Shown one piece after another: positions 61,173 to 64,000 of a stretch of 64,000 nucleotides of DNA. The notes below the pieces were generated by a model that had not been told where the DNA came from, did no database searches, and worked only from the letters and a program-made list of their open reading frames with translations. Every line of letters starts with the position of its first letter. The stretch's first letter is position 1. The position numbers and the translations under genes are program-made. This DNA comes from Parcubacteria group bacterium. Lineage in GTDB: Bacteria > Patescibacteriota > Minisyncoccia > Moranbacterales > UBA9337. The stretch spans positions 11,714 to 75,713 of the forward strand of contig JBAZSW010000001.1 of NCBI GenBank assembly GCA_041662245.1, given 5' to 3'.

Positions 61173-62194
61173 TTATTGAATTAAACAAAAAACATTCAGA
61201 AATGTTTCAAGCTCAACGTTTGGAGCGAGAATTATATTTATCCAAGCATCCCACCAATGTAATGGTATTTAAATGTATGGATGGTCGGATTCATATGCCC
61301 ACAGTGACACGTACGCCGCTAGGAATTATGAAACCTTTTCGAAATATTGGAGGAAGATTTGATTTGGGCTGGCCACTTCTTAATGAATCATTTGATCAAA
61401 GTATTAAGAAAGCGGTAGCTAAAGGAAATCGTACGTTAGTATTGGTTACTTATCATTATTCACAAGGAGATGAGAATCGTGGTTGCGCGGGGTTTCATTA
61501 TAATTGCGAGGATTCAAAAAGATTTACTGAGAATTTTCGCAGGCAAATTTTGCGAACTTATGGAGAAAATAATGGAGTAGTTTTTCCTATATTGGTGGGA
61601 TTAGAAACTGACAAGGACGCCTTGATTTTTCATGGAGATAAAGGGAAGATATTAGATGTTTCTACCATTGCTGATGATTCAAAGAAAAATCTAGTTTCTT
61701 TGTTTCATAAAATTTATCCCTTGATGCCAGAAAGAATTTTGGAAGATTTAATTCCGCTTGTGGCGGGAAATATAAAGCGTATTGCAGAAACTAAAAGTAA
61801 AGGCAAACCACTGGATCAACTGGTGCATGGTGAATGGGTATTGGCAGTTGGCAAGGGTTTTGATTGGTTACATACTCCCAATATGGCTCTAATTGTGGGA
61901 CCCTATGATCCCAATATCGGAGAACCAATTAATACCGCCGCTGGAATAATCAAATCGAACCTAGAGGCTGCGGGAGCGCAACATCGGCATGGTTCCTCTG
62001 CAGGAATGGTGCTACTTTCATCAGCAGTTTATGCAGATCCAGCTGAAAAAACTAGAGCCAAAGAGAGGACTCTTTATATGAGCAGGCTATCGCGGGAAAT
62101 AATAGAGAAAAATTATCCAGAGATGCTTAATCAAATGCATTCTATGGCGGTAGTGCTTAATGCTTTTACAATGGAAATGGAGATTGTGGAGTAA
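61151..62194 (+). CDS. Beta-class carbonic anhydrase, CsoSCA-like
   Basis: CMDGR plus HYS-x6-GCAG Zn-ligand pattern. Confidence 0.7.
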   Translation: MENKKKLIIELNKKHSEMFQAQRLERELYLSKHPTNVMVFKCMDGRIHMPTVTRTPLGIMKPFRNIGGRFDLGWPLLNESFDQSIKKAVAKGNRTLVLVTYHYSQGDENRGCAGFHYNCEDSKRFTENFRRQILRTYGENNGVVFPILVGLETDKDALIFHGDKGKILDVSTIADDSKKNLVSLFHKIYPLMPERILEDLIPLVAGNIKRIAETKSKGKPLDQLVHGEWVLAVGKGFDWLHTPNMALIVGPYDPNIGEPINTAAGIIKSNLEAAGAQHRHGSSAGMVLLSSAVYADPAEKTRAKERTLYMSRLSREIIEKNYPEMLNQMHSMAVVLNAFTMEMEIVE

Positions 62195-62422
62195 TCTCAA
62201 ATAAATCTTGCTTGTAATTTTTTAAGTAGTTGATTGTCGGTTGCAAGTTATTGCTAACTGTCCGAATTTGACAGATATTTTTAGTAGGAGTAATATTATT
62301 TTTGTGAATGATGTATTTTTTAAATTACAAAAACTTTTAAATTTTTTCGGTTGAGTCCGTTTTTTTATTTTTTAAAATTTAATAAGAATCATTTCTCTTA
62401 TTGAAAGTTTATAAAAATTTGT

Positions 62423-62953
62423 ATGAAAATTTTTTCATTAATGAAGGTTTTGCTATGGCAAAAAAATGTTACCCAAAATAAAAATGATTTTTTTTACTTG
62501 GAAAAAGATGGAGATTTCGAGAAAATTGGGGCAGAGGTTCATGCTATCGTAAAAGAGCTTTATAAGGGACGATCCTTGAGAATCAGAGCAATTGATGCCG
62601 GATCAACTAATGCAGAAGAGATAGAACTAACTGCTTTGAGCAATGCCTATTATGATATTGATCGTTTCGGTTTAAGTTTTGTAGCGTCACCTCGACATGC
62701 CGATATGCTTTTTATAACAGGTCCTGTAACTAGAAATTTAGAGCAAGCACTTCGAACAACTTATGAAGCCACTCCGAAGCCTTGCATTGTTGTGGCTGTC
62801 GGAGACGGAGCTTGTACGGGAGGAATTTGGAAAGATTCTTATGCAATAGTAGGGGCAGTAGAAGATGTAATCCCTGTGCATATCCATATTCCTGGGGATC
62901 CACCAACTCCCGTTGAAATTTTAAAAGGAGTACTAAATGTTTTAAAAAATTAG
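62423..62953 (+). CDS. NuoB/HycG-like small subunit of a group 4 hydrogenase-related complex, Fe-S ligands degenerate
   Basis: YDIDRFGL.FVASPRHAD, TGPVT and P.P..VVAVGD are retained; GSTNAEE and PGDPP replace the Cys motifs. Confidence 0.85.
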   Translation: MKIFSLMKVLLWQKNVTQNKNDFFYLEKDGDFEKIGAEVHAIVKELYKGRSLRIRAIDAGSTNAEEIELTALSNAYYDIDRFGLSFVASPRHADMLFITGPVTRNLEQALRTTYEATPKPCIVVAVGDGACTGGIWKDSYAIVGAVEDVIPVHIHIPGDPPTPVEILKGVLNVLKN

Positions 62954-63040
62954 AATTTACACGTTTAAATAATATTTTTTAGAAACTGGAAATATATAAA
63001 TTTAAGCAAGTAAATTGCAAAAATATAAAATAACGATTAT

Positions 63041-64000
63041 ATGTTAGAACAAATAATTACTTATAGTATTGGGATTTATTTTTTTAGTCTTTTTTTATCA
63101 GGACTGCTATCTTTTAGCGGCAAATCATTTAAATTGGCTACTTGGCTATTTGTTTTTTCAAACATTATTGGATTTTTTTCAGGGATAATCTATTTTTTAA
63201 ATTTTTTCCCTAAAAGAATTACCTTTCTTCATCTTGATTGGTTTTTAAATTTTGCTCCACAATTAAATTTGCTTTCTGCGATTTTTTTCATTTTATTAAG
63301 TATCGTTTCTGCTATAGTGGGTGTCTATAGTGTTAGGTACTTAGAATTATATAAAAAATCATATAACCCAAGAATAGTTCAATTTTTAATGTCCTTTTTT
63401 GTTTTGGGAATGCAGGGGGTTTTTATTTCCAATAATTCTTTTGCTTTTCTGTTTTTTTGGGAAGTAATGTCAATTGCTTCTTTCTTTTTAGTTTTATCAG
63501 ATAGAACTCAAGAATCTGTTCGAGCAGCTTTTATTTATTTTATAATGACACATTTGGGAGCATCCGCAATATTAGGAGGATTTTTGATTTTAGGAAATGG
63601 ATCTATTTTATTTGATTTAAATAATATCCAAAGTGCTTCATCAAATTTATCTTATGAAAAGATATGTTTAGTTTTTTTATTGTTTGCTTTCGGTTTTGGC
63701 TCAAAGGCAGGCTTGGTGCCTTTTCATGTTTGGCTTCCCGAAGCTCATCCTCAGGCTCCTAGTAATATTTCCGCTCTCATGAGTGGTTTAATGCTCAAGG
63801 TAGCTGTGTATGGATTTGTTTTTATTGTCATTGGACTGGCCAATATCCCTAGTTGGTTGGGATTAGTTATCGTTTTCTTAGGATTGCTTTCTTCTATGAC
63901 AGGAGTGCTGTATGCCACTATGGAAAGAGATATCAAGAGAGCTTTTGCTTATAGCAGTATCGAAAATATGGGAATTGTTTTTACTATGTTAGGATTGGCT
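63041..64000 (+). CDS. HyfB/HycC-like proton-translocating membrane subunit (3'-partial; absent from the ORF track)
   Basis: FWEVMSIASFFLV, GSKAGLVPFHVWLPEAHPQAPSNISALMSG and AYSSIENMG motifs. Confidence 0.9.
   Translation, partial: MLEQIITYSIGIYFFSLFLSGLLSFSGKSFKLATWLFVFSNIIGFFSGIIYFLNFFPKRITFLHLDWFLNFAPQLNLLSAIFFILLSIVSAIVGVYSVRYLELYKKSYNPRIVQFLMSFFVLGMQGVFISNNSFAFLFFWEVMSIASFFLVLSDRTQESVRAAFIYFIMTHLGASAILGGFLILGNGSILFDLNNIQSASSNLSYEKICLVFLLFAFGFGSKAGLVPFHVWLPEAHPQAPSNISALMSGLMLKVAVYGFVFIVIGLANIPSWLGLVIVFLGLLSSMTGVLYATMERDIKRAFAYSSIENMGIVFTMLGLA

Noticed and set aside
61151-64000. Carboxysome or functional NiFe hydrogenase
   Set aside because: No shell or RuBisCO genes; the small subunit lacks Fe-S ligands and the large subunit is not in the window.

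Overview
AT-rich bacterial chromosomal segment read with the standard code (TGA = stop). Gene content and style point to a Patescibacteria/CPR organism, Parcubacteria-like and possibly Moranbacteria; this taxonomy is inference. No rRNA, CRISPR array, transposase or integrase was seen. Core genes are gyrB, uvrB, uvrA, uvrC, murE, rsmA, rsmI, lemA-htpX, lgt, an ABC-F, an M16 peptidase, an RND pump with MarR, and three tRNAs (Gly, Ala, Glu). These are interspersed with single-gene accessory islets and several families of short repeats. Best candidates for new biology: (1) two paralogous leaderless Asn-rich leader-peptide attenuators with covarying antiterminator/terminator stems, each controlling a tiny unknown protein (52.7-53.6 kb); (2) an HTH + sigma70-region-4 + RNAP alpha-CTD fusion between two tRNAs; (3) a NuoB/HycG-like subunit that has lost its Fe-S cysteines, next to a CsoSCA-like carbonic anhydrase and a HyfB-like subunit; (4) a WxL-type surface locus with a giant, exactly repeated adhesin; (5) a repeat-bracketed cassette between uvrB and uvrA with a displaced, recoded copy of the uvrB 3' end; (6) two rod-shaped ncRNA candidates. 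Family assignments are by eye from motifs; no database search was run.
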